Assembly (NCBI GenBank): GCA_045105515.1 | Contig: JBGCDR010000225.1 | Span: 1 to 10,052, forward strand | DNA from: Oligoflexales bacterium | Lineage (GTDB): Bacteria > Bdellovibrionota_B > Oligoflexia > Oligoflexales > Bog-1112 | Direction of reading: 5' to 3' | DNA: 10,052 nt | Part shown: positions 1 to 7,973 of the stretch, piece after piece | Layout: every line of letters starts with the position of its first letter | Numbering within the stretch: the stretch's first letter is position 1 | Program-made: the position numbers and the translations under genes | Notes under the pieces: model-generated | Databases searched by the model: none | The model's input: the letters and a program-made list of their open reading frames with translations, nothing else | What the model was told of the DNA's origin: nothing

Positions 1-306
1 CGCAATGAAATCTTATTTTTTGCTGGGGTTCATCCTGATCCAACTATCTGCAGTTTAGACCAGGAAGCCATCTCAAAGCTAGCTCATGCTATTCGAGAAA
101 TACCAACCCGCTCCTATAAAAGTGGAGGTTTCACTCGACATGTATCTGAATATGGTGACCTAACTAAAGTAGAAGAACCAAAAAAGCATCGTTTCTATGT
201 ATATGGAAGGATGAATCTACCTTGTTATCGCTGTAAAACAAAAATCAAGCGAATTAGCGACTCTTCGCAACCACTCTATATTTGCCCTTCATGTCAGGGA
301 TTATGA
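1..306 (+). CDS. nei: Endonuclease VIII (Fpg/Nei DNA glycosylase), C-terminal part; 5' end lies outside the window and it is absent from the ORF track
   Basis: Frame 1 reads RNEILFFAGVHPD...KLAHAIREIPTRSY...RFYVYGRMNLPCYRCKTKIKRISDSSQPLYICPSCQGL*. This is the end of the H2TH motif plus the Fpg/Nei C4 zinc finger. It closely parallels E. coli Nei as I recall it (LAHALLEIPRFSY...CERC...SSRPFYWCPGCQ). TGA at 304-306. Confidence 0.9.
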   Translation, partial: RNEILFFAGVHPDPTICSLDQEAISKLAHAIREIPTRSYKSGGFTRHVSEYGDLTKVEEPKKHRFYVYGRMNLPCYRCKTKIKRISDSSQPLYICPSCQGL

Positions 307-371
307 CTCTCATTTTAATTGCGTTCTTGGAAAGTTCTCTTGATCTAAATCTAAATTTCTATAGGTGCTAA

Positions 372-1111
372 TTGATTGGAAAAATTTTCAGATCTGAAAA
401 AGATTTATCTCCCTTGTTAAGGGATTTCGGCATATGGTTGAACCCTAAAAGTCTCAGGGCTTTTCACGTGCGTGACATTTTTCTTGTAAGCCGTCAGCTT
501 CTAACTTCAAAGATAGAACTGATCCCAAAAGAGATACAGAGGGAACTTTCATTGAACCTTCAGGATACATCTAAATGTCTCGAAATGCCTTAAGAGTTTA
601 TTTTTATCAAATATTCAACTCTAATATTTTTAGCTTTGACCTGCGTAGTAGTAGGTTTTATTTCTCGGATAACTGGATGTTCAACGGACATGTTCTAGCT
701 GGTAACTTTGCTAAAACATTCATTGAATCGCTGAGAGAAACCTACGATGGCTATTATCTTGGACAAGATAATTTATTGAAAAAAAGCCTCATTGGTATGG
801 GGTTGATCGGCGATAATTGGTGCAAAGACGACTCTGAAGGACTTACTCTACTTGTCAAAAAGCACTTTGGTGGTGAAGATCGTATTCTCAGTAGATTTAG
901 GGTCAAAGAAATGATTCACTCATTTACTGAAATATTTGAGTTCATAAGAGACGGAAAACCCAAGCTTAATCCTTGCTTTCTTATGTTGGGGGTTTATCTT
1001 ACTAGTCTCTATATGACTCTTGATTCTATAGATGAAGATTTAGATCCGCATGATTGTTATGTTTATGCAAAGCAGATATCTGAAAAGGCCGGTCGCCAAT
1101 TAACCGTATAG
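372..1111 (+). CDS. Hypothetical protein, probably a single ~246-aa gene split by a 1-nt deletion near 583-585 (track ORFs 372..593 and 575..1111)
   Basis: TTG start with AGGTG upstream. Adding one A to 'cgaaatgcc' joins ...DTSKCLE to NALRVYFYQIF. The ATG at 575 is immediately preceded by an in-frame TAA. The stop overlaps the convergent gene by 12 bp. Confidence 0.6.
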
Positions 1112-1576
1112 ATATTGTCCGACTGAGGTGAGCAAATTTTGAGTTGACTCAAGATAACTCGCCGCTGTTCCCAATACACCTCCATAAACAATATGAGCGA
1201 ATAGGTGAGTCAAAGCTATCCCAAAGCCTACCTTTCTGAAACGTTCCGAAGGATGATGTTCGGCAACAAGAACAACTAATCCTAGACTCACAACAAGTCC
1301 TTGGGCAAAACCAGTTAATAAACCTACGCCGGGGAGATTCTGAGAGAAGTTAAAGCGGCTCCATACGGCTACATAGAAGAATGCAGTTGATAAGCCAATG
1401 GAGAAGTGTATTAGAGTTCCAATCAGTCTAGCTTTTAACAAATCAGAACTGATATAGCTGCCAAGAGCTCCTATCATATCAGCATTAGAGATCTTCGATA
1501 TGTGAATTAAATATATAAAAGTAGTCATCACTGAAGTTGCTACAAACCCTGACAAAACAATATTCGTTATTTCCAT
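1100..1576 (-). CDS. Four-TM membrane protein with His residues in or near helices (DUF6789/DUF1440-like; family call tentative)
   Basis: Four hydrophobic segments. Motifs GFVATSVMT, GTLIHFSIG, AEHHP and HLFAHIVYGGVLG. AAGGGA RBS-like sequence upstream of the ATG. Confidence 0.75.
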   Translation of the reverse strand: MEITNIVLSGFVATSVMTTFIYLIHISKISNADMIGALGSYISSDLLKARLIGTLIHFSIGLSTAFFYVAVWSRFNFSQNLPGVGLLTGFAQGLVVSLGLVVLVAEHHPSERFRKVGFGIALTHLFAHIVYGGVLGTAASYLESTQNLLTSVGQYLYG

Positions 1577-1887
1577 TATATTTCCCTTTCAGAAACGCTA
1601 GTATTAGCCATTACTTGAACATGTACGTATTTTCGATCTCGAATGGTTGGATTATTTTTGTTATGAAAGTTTATGAAGAGGCTTTTTAAAAATAGATGGC
1701 TTACTCTACTGAAAAAACAAAGGGATTCTTACTTCTCTCGGTTCGAAATAATCTATACCCTCAAGATCCTTATTGAAAGACCCAGCAAAGGGAACAACCG
1801 TTATAAGCACAATGGAAAAGATTTTTTGCAAACCACATAATGTCTTTATATTGATCTTACGACGAGTAAAAAAGGGCTGACAATTTG

Positions 1888-2352
1888 CTAACTCTTGAAT
1901 AAAAACTTAATTCCAAAATTTTTCCAAAAAAACTTGTTAGCAAATCGCCAAATAGGCCGAAAGAAAGGACGAACAAAACTCTTCAGTTTCATCCTAATAC
2001 CTGTATCCGTCTTGAAAAACTCAAGAAAGAGCGGACGAACCAAGCGAAAGCTAAGCACATAAATGCCATAATAATAAAACAAGGATCTATACGTATCAGT
2101 AATAGTTCCTATTTCTCCAGGCAAGTGAAGTAACGGGCCATGGTGGATGTTTTTCTCACCAGGAACAAAAGAGCCAGCAAGTTCACCGGAAATAAACTCC
2201 ACACTATAGGGAAATATTTGTCCGTGTGTAAAAGTTTCTCTAAGCTGAAGACAATCCCAAACACGATCTCTTGCCTTTTGTGGAAGTTCGAACTCTAACT
2301 CACAAACATCTTCTTCCATAAATGTGGGGCATGTTAGATCTTGATTATTCAT
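1888..2352 (-). CDS. Hypothetical protein, 154 aa (possible SRPBCC/START-like ligand-binding fold; weak)
   Basis: Clean ORF with GAGGGAG 8 nt upstream. The pattern of a beta strand, 'RDRVWDCL' helix, beta-rich core and C-terminal amphipathic aromatic helix is reminiscent of SRPBCC (inference). Confidence 0.7.
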   Translation of the reverse strand: MNNQDLTCPTFMEEDVCELEFELPQKARDRVWDCLQLRETFTHGQIFPYSVEFISGELAGSFVPGEKNIHHGPLLHLPGEIGTITDTYRSLFYYYGIYVLSFRLVRPLFLEFFKTDTGIRMKLKSFVRPFFRPIWRFANKFFWKNFGIKFLFKS

Positions 2353-2411
2353 AGCGATAACTCCCTCGATGAGAAAAGCAAAGGAAAAAAATCGAATATG
2401 GTTTTTACCAT
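2349..2411 (-). CDS. Possible 20-aa upstream ORF MVKTIFDFFPLLFSSRELSL, or a frameshifted N-terminus of the 1888..2352 gene
   Basis: Perfect AGGAGG (2423-2418) lies 6 nt before ATG 2411. Its TGA overlaps the downstream ATG (ATGA). Confidence 0.35.
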   Translation of the reverse strand: MVKTIFDFFPLLFSSRELSL

Positions 2412-2748
2412 CAGCTTCCTCCTGTATCCGAATTTCCTTTAAATTTCAGAGGTAATCCAACCTACATAAAAATCACCAACCTGTGCTTTCAGCTATATAA
2501 AGATAACAAAATTTTAAGGATACAAGGATATCAAGCTTTTTAGACTCTAGTATTCCAAAAAATAGGTTTTCATAGTACCACGCATCCCTGGCACCAGCAC
2601 GGTCTTTAGGAGCCAGCTCTGAAACTAGCGTTTCGATGGCGCTGCCCTTGATCGGCGTGGTAAGTTGGTCACTGGTATTCACACTTCGTGCTTGTGGTAG
2701 GCTTGGAAAAGATCTCAAGCTTTAACTCGCAGGATGACAAGGTAAGCG

Positions 2749-3423
2749 ATGGCAAGAATTCTCTACCTTCCCGGACTCGGTGCGGACCAGCGCCTGTTCT
2801 CCGAACTTGAACAACACCTTGCTGGCACCTGTCCGAAATGGCCGCAGCCAGGTGATTCTAACCTTGCGCAGTATGCTGAAAAATGCATCGAAGCCTGGGA
2901 AGTCAGTGCCGAGGACGTCTTGGTGGGCTTTTCCTTTGGTGCTCAAGTAGCGCTAGAGATCCAGCATAACTTCCAACAGAGCGGTGGGAATATGCCTTTT
3001 GTCGCGATGATCTCAGGGATTGGGACTTCGAGAGAGCTTGATCCTGAATTCAAGAATCGGGTCCGCATGATGGCCTTCTGTCCCGATCTGCTGCTGCGTT
3101 GGCTATTTGTTCTGCTTGGGCCATGGCACGCTTTAAGAGGCAGTAAGATAAACTCTTCCCAGAGGCATATGCTTAGTGCGATGGCGAAAAGCATGGATTT
3201 ATCGTTTTTTCGCTGGGCAGCTAACGCTTGCGCCAATTGGCAGTTCGAGCCACGACGGCTTAAGCTCCTGCGTATCAACGGCCGCAACGATACAGTTATT
3301 CCCTTCGAGGAAGACAGTGTCGACTGGATTGTTGAACACGGCGCCCACTTGATTGTCTATACCCACGCCGAGGCTATTGCGCAGAGGATTCTTGCAGCTC
3401 TGGGGGAAACAAACCATGGTTAA
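2749..3423 (+). CDS. Alpha/beta-fold hydrolase (esterase/thioesterase-like)
   Basis: LPGLGAD oxyanion loop, GFSFG nucleophile elbow, GRNDTVIP acid and GAHLI histidine give a complete Ser-Asp-His triad. Confidence 0.92.
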   Translation: MARILYLPGLGADQRLFSELEQHLAGTCPKWPQPGDSNLAQYAEKCIEAWEVSAEDVLVGFSFGAQVALEIQHNFQQSGGNMPFVAMISGIGTSRELDPEFKNRVRMMAFCPDLLLRWLFVLLGPWHALRGSKINSSQRHMLSAMAKSMDLSFFRWAANACANWQFEPRRLKLLRINGRNDTVIPFEEDSVDWIVEHGAHLIVYTHAEAIAQRILAALGETNHG

Positions 3424-4351
3424 AACCCCCTCCTGGATGTTTTATACGCTTGTCCTCGCTGGTGTCTATAATCTGCTCTGGGGTGCCTGGGTGGTGCTAT
3501 TTCCGGACCTGTCAATGACATTGCTAGGAGCTGAACCAGTTCAGCCGCGGGAGATCTGGCAGTGTGTTGGTATGATCGTCGGTGTTTACGGCGTGGGGTA
3601 TGTCGTCGCAGCAGCCGATCCCCTCAAACACTGGCTTATCGTGATGGTAGGTTTTCTTGGGAAGGTTTTCGGCCCGATCGGATTTGCCAAGGCATTATGG
3701 GATGGGATTTTTCCCCTAAGTTTCGCGTTGAACATTGTGTTTAACGATCTTATCTGGTGGTTGCCGTTTTTTTTGATCTTAAAAGCTACTTATCACAAAC
3801 TGGTTCGAGAGCTCGGTAAAAGTGCCATACTTGATGCTGCTGGAGTTTTTGCTAGCCTCTCGACACTTGGTATCGATAGCGAGCGCACGATCTTACTCGT
3901 GGCTCTGCGGCACACGGGTTGTACCTTCACGCGTGAGGCTATGAGTACCCTAGCACGGCAGCGTGAGGCGCTTAAGCAGAGCGGTTACCTGCTAGTGCTT
4001 ATTCATATGAGTGAAGAGTCTGAATTCGCAGCCTTCGCTGGACGCTATCTTGATACTGGTGACTACCTACAAATCTCTGATCCGCAATCCGCACTTTACC
4101 GCAAGCTCGGCCTCAAGCAGGGCCAACTGGGACAGGTGTTGGGGCCCAAAGAATGGTTGCGTGGCAGCGTCGGCCTACTTTGCGGATACGGGCTCGGTCC
4201 GCTTCGTGGTAATGGTTTCCAGCTCGCGGGCCTATTCTTAATTTATAGGCAACAGTTTCTGCGGGAGTTTCGTGCCAGGCATGCTAGCGAAGCCCTGCCG
4301 ATTGCTGCTTGGCTTAACCAAAGCAGCTTGGATACTTCTAATCGTTCCTAA
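3416..4351 (+). CDS. Membrane domain fused to a peroxiredoxin-like AhpC-TSA_2/PRXL2 (SelL-related) redox domain, 311 aa
   Basis: Start reassigned from 3353 to ATG 3416 (GGGGGA RBS, 8-bp overlap with the hydrolase stop). About 4 N-terminal TM helices (AGVYNLLWG, IWQCVGMIVGVYG, LGKVFGPIG, NDLIWWLPF). C-terminal LRHTGCTFTRE, ISDPQSALYRKLGL, GNGFQLAGLF and FRARHASE motifs. Confidence 0.85.
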   Translation: MVKTPSWMFYTLVLAGVYNLLWGAWVVLFPDLSMTLLGAEPVQPREIWQCVGMIVGVYGVGYVVAAADPLKHWLIVMVGFLGKVFGPIGFAKALWDGIFPLSFALNIVFNDLIWWLPFFLILKATYHKLVRELGKSAILDAAGVFASLSTLGIDSERTILLVALRHTGCTFTREAMSTLARQREALKQSGYLLVLIHMSEESEFAAFAGRYLDTGDYLQISDPQSALYRKLGLKQGQLGQVLGPKEWLRGSVGLLCGYGLGPLRGNGFQLAGLFLIYRQQFLREFRARHASEALPIAAWLNQSSLDTSNRS

Positions 4352-4418
4352 TCGCAGTGAGGTGATGTGTTTGGGTTTTTGAAAAGCGATGCGGTCAAGA
4401 AAATCCAGAAGCAAATCA

Positions 4419-4961
4419 TCACCACTCCTGACGTATCCTGACAATTTTTTCGCGCTCGTAGCCGGCAATAACTACTTTTTCAATCAGCCGTTCGTATACC
4501 TCTGGAGCAAGGTTTGGCTGGCGAGCCATCAACCACATATTCTCGCGCCCGGGACGACCCACAACAGTGTACTGATAGTCTCGTTCGTCCAATGCAATTA
4601 TCAGGTAGTCAAACAATAGCGGCCAAATCGGGCGGATTTTCCAGTGTGCTTTGGTCTTTTCGTCGACAATCCAAGCTTGCTGACTGACCTCGTTTTGCTC
4701 ACCCTGCGCTGAGTCCGAGCGGAATTTGAAACTGACGTAAATCGAGCCATCGCCTTCAAGCCGGTATTCTTCGATGCCGTTAACAGCACCTTCTTCAAAA
4801 GCTGTAGGGATCGACGCGAGGACGTACCATTTGCCCATAAAACGCGGGATGTCGACATCGGTAACGGTTAGATCTCGGTAATGAGAGCTGGAGCTGACGC
4901 AGGCGCTCAGGGGTATAAATAGCAGCGTAACAACAAGCATCAGTGAAGGGTTTTTTGGCAT
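4419..4961 (-). CDS. blc: Bacterial lipocalin (Blc-like) lipoprotein
   Basis: Signal peptide with lipobox LSAC. Lipocalin SCR1 DIPRFMGKWYVLA, SCR2-like DYQYTVVG and SCR3 WLMARQP. GGAG RBS and a TGATGA double stop. Confidence 0.93.
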   Translation of the reverse strand: MPKNPSLMLVVTLLFIPLSACVSSSSHYRDLTVTDVDIPRFMGKWYVLASIPTAFEEGAVNGIEEYRLEGDGSIYVSFKFRSDSAQGEQNEVSQQAWIVDEKTKAHWKIRPIWPLLFDYLIIALDERDYQYTVVGRPGRENMWLMARQPNLAPEVYERLIEKVVIAGYEREKIVRIRQEW

Positions 4962-4998
4962 TGAGAGTCTCCGCGGTGTCTAGCTAGTCGAGGCAACC

Positions 4999-5007
4999 AG
5001 TATAACA
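4999..5007 (-). promoter_or_regulatory. Candidate extended -10 sigma70 element (TGtTATACT) for the lipocalin gene
   Basis: TGn plus TATACT lies about 38 nt upstream of the ATG. No good -35. Confidence 0.35.
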
Positions 5008-5105
5008 CCAAAACCCACGCATCTGAGAGGTTGTTGCGGTCTTGATCTCCGAGATTATCGAGGAATATTTCGCAAAGAAGCTCCTGGGGTGGATAGAAAG
5101 CATGC

Positions 5106-7334
5106 CTAAACAGACCATTCGAGGTCGAATTCTGCATGACCAACGATGACGATTCCGAGATAGCCATCGACCGAAACATGGTCGCCATTTTGCACCTGAG
5201 ACATGATACCAGTAACTCCGTTAACGCAAGGCAAACCCAACTCACGGGCAATGATAGCTCCATGAATCAGCATCCCTCCGCGGCGCTCGACGATTGCACT
5301 GGCAAGAGGAACCAATTGGGTCATTGTTGGTTGAATCGCATCACATATCAAAACCTCACCTACACGAAATTCACCGAGATCTTTTACGGACCTAATCAGA
5401 CGAGCTGGCCCTTTTGCCAATCCAGCAGCAGCAGGCTGCCCGATGAGCTGCCTTCCCGTTTTCTCCTTTAGAGGCTGGGACACTACCGGTGTTTCAAGCC
5501 AAGAGAACGGAGGTGGTTTGCGCTGGGAGCATGGCAAGTTGAGAGAACTGATAATATAATCAACTAGTTTCCTCGGTTCTTTGACTTGACCCTTCGAGGT
5601 GTGATCAAGCCCGAGACGCTTGAGACCTTCATCGATAGCTTTAAGGAGTTGACTCTCGATGCGACCCACCAAGAGATTGTCATCATCTCGAATACGCCAA
5701 CTCTGACGGGCGAGCTCTAACAAGCTCTGCCCAGCTGACCTTTGCTCTGCAGAAAGCTTCTCAAAAAAGAGGTTTTCAAGATCATCCTTCAGCTTGTTGA
5801 CGGTTAGCTCTCGGTCGATCCGACTATACTCGAAGATGGTTTTTAGGAGACTGAGAGGTTTTGTTGCCAAACTCTCACCATTATACAAGACATCCATATA
5901 CAGTTTCATAAAGTTTTGAAAATCAATTAGAAACTCTGAACCCTGAGGAATCTTAATCAACAGGCTTTCATATATAGTCTGGTCAGTTTTCTCAGTTATG
6001 ATCATCATCTCGATTGCATTTTGTAAGGGCCTTGATTTTTTCAGCTGCTTAGCCAGGGTTACAAGGTGTCTATTGCGCTCAAACGCAATCATGGATTCAC
6101 CCTTGAGCAAATCCAAAAACTCAAAAGGATCATCTGGATTTAGGTGGTCGTTGTAGAAAACCCCAAATCGTCGAACGCCATGTGCAAAAGGAATAAATTC
6201 TTCAACGTAAACTTTTTTCCAAAATATATCTGCTTGAGTTCGAGATTCCAGTGTTTGAGCCAATTCCTTGTCACTGAACCCTTGAAGTTCTTCAGCAGCA
6301 AAATGGTCTCCTTCCTCCCTTAGTTGAGGAATGGAAACATTGACTACTTTCTTTGCCAACTTTTGTAACCTCTCATCTCCCGGTTTTAGAGTTAAATACC
6401 AGGGACGTTTGTCATTAGGCTTCTCTTCTAAAGTCGTGATTGGTCGCGATTGGAGAATCGTGAAAGAATCTGCTCGGCCGGTCCACTCGAGATCTTGCGG
6501 GTAACCCATGAGTCCCTCAAGCTGCATTAATATTTTGAGTAGATGTGTCAAGTCATGATCTTCAAGACTGAGCAAGCTCTTATTGAGCTGTTCAGAACTT
6601 TGCTGATAGCTGATTATTTCACCGTCTGTTTTATTAAGAACCCAGCGTTCAGGCTCTAATTCTCCATCCACCAGCTTGGCACAGCCACCTCGAACAGCTT
6701 CGATGATTGCACAAGAAAGATAACGGCCTCGGGGGTCCTCACTAAAAGCCACACCAGAAAAATCTTCATGGTGCATTTGCTGAATCAAAATGGCCATCTT
6801 AATCACTTGTGGATCTAAATTTAGCTCCTTGCGGTAAAGCAAAGCAGCATCGGACCACAATGAAGCCCAGACTGTTTTGATTGCATTCATGATCTCCTCA
6901 AGAGTTATTATTCCCAGCACCGTCTCGTGGAGTCCGGCAAAAGAACCACTTTTAGAGTCCTCACCTGGAGCTGAAGATCGGATGGCCCACTGTTTCCCGG
7001 ACGAGCTGGTCTTTAATTCTTGATAAATGGCATCAGTCACTGTAGGGGGAAAATGACTCCTCTGAAAAGCTAGCCTGATTCGTAAAGCAGAGTCCCAAAG
7101 TTCTTCCCATCGCATTTCCTCAAGGGGCTTACGTCCCATTTCTATTGCTATTAGCTCATCGAGCCGATTGAACTTGATAAAAAGATCATAGGCCACAACT
7201 GATAAGCAGAAACCTCTAGGAACTGGGAAACCATTCTTTTTTAGCTGGGCTACAACTGCTGCCTTAGAACCCACCCAATTAGGTCGACATTTATCGGTTT
7301 CTGACAATTTGATGATTATTGGGGTGGTATCCAC
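5106..7334 (-). CDS. PEP-utilizer-family dikinase with rifampin-phosphotransferase-like architecture (ATP-grasp, central domain, C-terminal phospho-His swivel domain), ~742 aa
   Basis: PPDK_N motifs GSKA, VPRGF, AIRSSAPGEDSKSGSFAG, MAILIQQM, QDLEW and LQSRPITT. C-terminal GGMLIHGAIIARELGLPCV...VDGYLG with the His codon at 5264-5262. No pyruvate-binding barrel follows. Start reassigned from 7463 to GTG 7334 (AAGAGGT RBS, overlaps the upstream gene's 3' end). Confidence 0.9.
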   Translation of the reverse strand: MDTTPIIIKLSETDKCRPNWVGSKAAVVAQLKKNGFPVPRGFCLSVVAYDLFIKFNRLDELIAIEMGRKPLEEMRWEELWDSALRIRLAFQRSHFPPTVTDAIYQELKTSSSGKQWAIRSSAPGEDSKSGSFAGLHETVLGIITLEEIMNAIKTVWASLWSDAALLYRKELNLDPQVIKMAILIQQMHHEDFSGVAFSEDPRGRYLSCAIIEAVRGGCAKLVDGELEPERWVLNKTDGEIISYQQSSEQLNKSLLSLEDHDLTHLLKILMQLEGLMGYPQDLEWTGRADSFTILQSRPITTLEEKPNDKRPWYLTLKPGDERLQKLAKKVVNVSIPQLREEGDHFAAEELQGFSDKELAQTLESRTQADIFWKKVYVEEFIPFAHGVRRFGVFYNDHLNPDDPFEFLDLLKGESMIAFERNRHLVTLAKQLKKSRPLQNAIEMMIITEKTDQTIYESLLIKIPQGSEFLIDFQNFMKLYMDVLYNGESLATKPLSLLKTIFEYSRIDRELTVNKLKDDLENLFFEKLSAEQRSAGQSLLELARQSWRIRDDDNLLVGRIESQLLKAIDEGLKRLGLDHTSKGQVKEPRKLVDYIISSLNLPCSQRKPPPFSWLETPVVSQPLKEKTGRQLIGQPAAAGLAKGPARLIRSVKDLGEFRVGEVLICDAIQPTMTQLVPLASAIVERRGGMLIHGAIIARELGLPCVNGVTGIMSQVQNGDHVSVDGYLGIVIVGHAEFDLEWSV

Positions 7335-7827
7335 TGACAAACCTCTTGAAATCTCATAACGTGAAAGAAACGAAAAAAATCGATCCTGAACAAAACACAG
7401 GACTCCACAGTGATGAATTTGCCCAAATAAGGATGTCGATTCCTCAACAGGTCCGCTAGCCAATCAAAATCCTCAGCAGATGACCGAGAGCAGCGTCCAG
7501 TTGCTGTGAATGACTCCACAGCCATTAAGTTGTCACCTATCGTTGAACGGTTGTCGACCGAAAGTGCCACCCGATCACATTCTTCGAGGAGCCGATACTT
7601 CCTTGTTTCAATATGCGTCGCAAAAGTTCCCACCTTCAGACTCTTGTCTATCGCATAAGCCATCAATGAACCATAGGGCTGCCCCCTCCCTTGAGTACTC
7701 AAATTCCGTATTGTTGCGCTGCCACAAGGTTTCTGATTCTATTTTCAATAGAAGTGGGATTATGCTCATCCTTGACTGGTTCTTGACTAAATGTTGGACC
7801 AAGAACCGGTTCATCTAAATTACTCAT
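7316..7827 (-). CDS. Pyridoxamine 5'-phosphate oxidase-like split-barrel flavin-binding protein, ~170 aa, with an apparent 1-nt deletion at 7701-7703
   Basis: ATG 7827 with AAGGA RBS gives MSNLDEPVLG...IENRIRNLVAAQQYGI*. Adding one T (att ttg) continues into LSTQGRGQPYGSLMAY...FATHIETRKYRLL...VALSVDNR...TATGR, restoring the typical 'xLST...PY.S' first strand. Confidence 0.85.
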
Positions 7828-7875
7828 ATGAAACCGTCCTTTAAAACTGATAGGTCTCCTTAGAGAACTCCCAAA

Positions 7876-7905
7876 TATCCTGTAGCCCCTAAAAAATTAA
7901 GTCAA
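7876..7905 (-). promoter_or_regulatory. Weak candidate sigma70 promoter for the PNPOx/dikinase pair
   Basis: TTGACT-N17-CAGGAT, about 50 nt upstream of ATG 7827. The -10 match is poor. Confidence 0.25.
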
Positions 7906-7973
7906 GTTACTATTGTGATTGAATAACCCCCTCCACACACTCCCTTTATTATTCTCTTCAATAAACAACTAAT

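Noticed and set aside
341..366. TGATCT as an RpoE/ChrR-type -35 element
   Set aside because: No CGTA-like -10 at the expected spacing.
1673..1840. 55-aa plus-strand ORF MKRLFKNRW...
   Set aside because: No RBS or motif, and it lies antisense between two minus-strand genes.
2473..2718. 81-aa minus-strand ORF
   Set aside because: It has a TTG start, no recognisable motif, and straddles the composition boundary.
4352..4418. Intrinsic terminator between the convergent redox-fusion and lipocalin genes
   Set aside because: Only a 5-bp ATCGC/GCGAT match with a long loop. No convincing stem plus U-tract.
2722..5471. Short ORFs 2722..2946, 2943..3287, 3199..3417, 3562..3744, 4011..4241, 4238..4468, 4389..4619, 4601..4858, 4940..5263 and 5136..5471
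   Set aside because: They overlap well-supported genes in antisense or alternate frames and show no motifs, as expected in GC-richer DNA.
5106..7463. Annotation as PEP synthase (ppsA) or rph, and the 7463 start
   Set aside because: There is no pyruvate-binding domain and rifampin specificity cannot be shown from sequence. The 7463 start would overlap the PNPOx gene by 148 nt, whereas GTG 7334 has an RBS.
7608..7814. 68-aa ORF as the PNPOx N-terminus or a separate gene, plus antisense ORF 7510..7818
   Set aside because: The convincing N-terminus is in the third frame starting at 7827. These are shadow ORFs.
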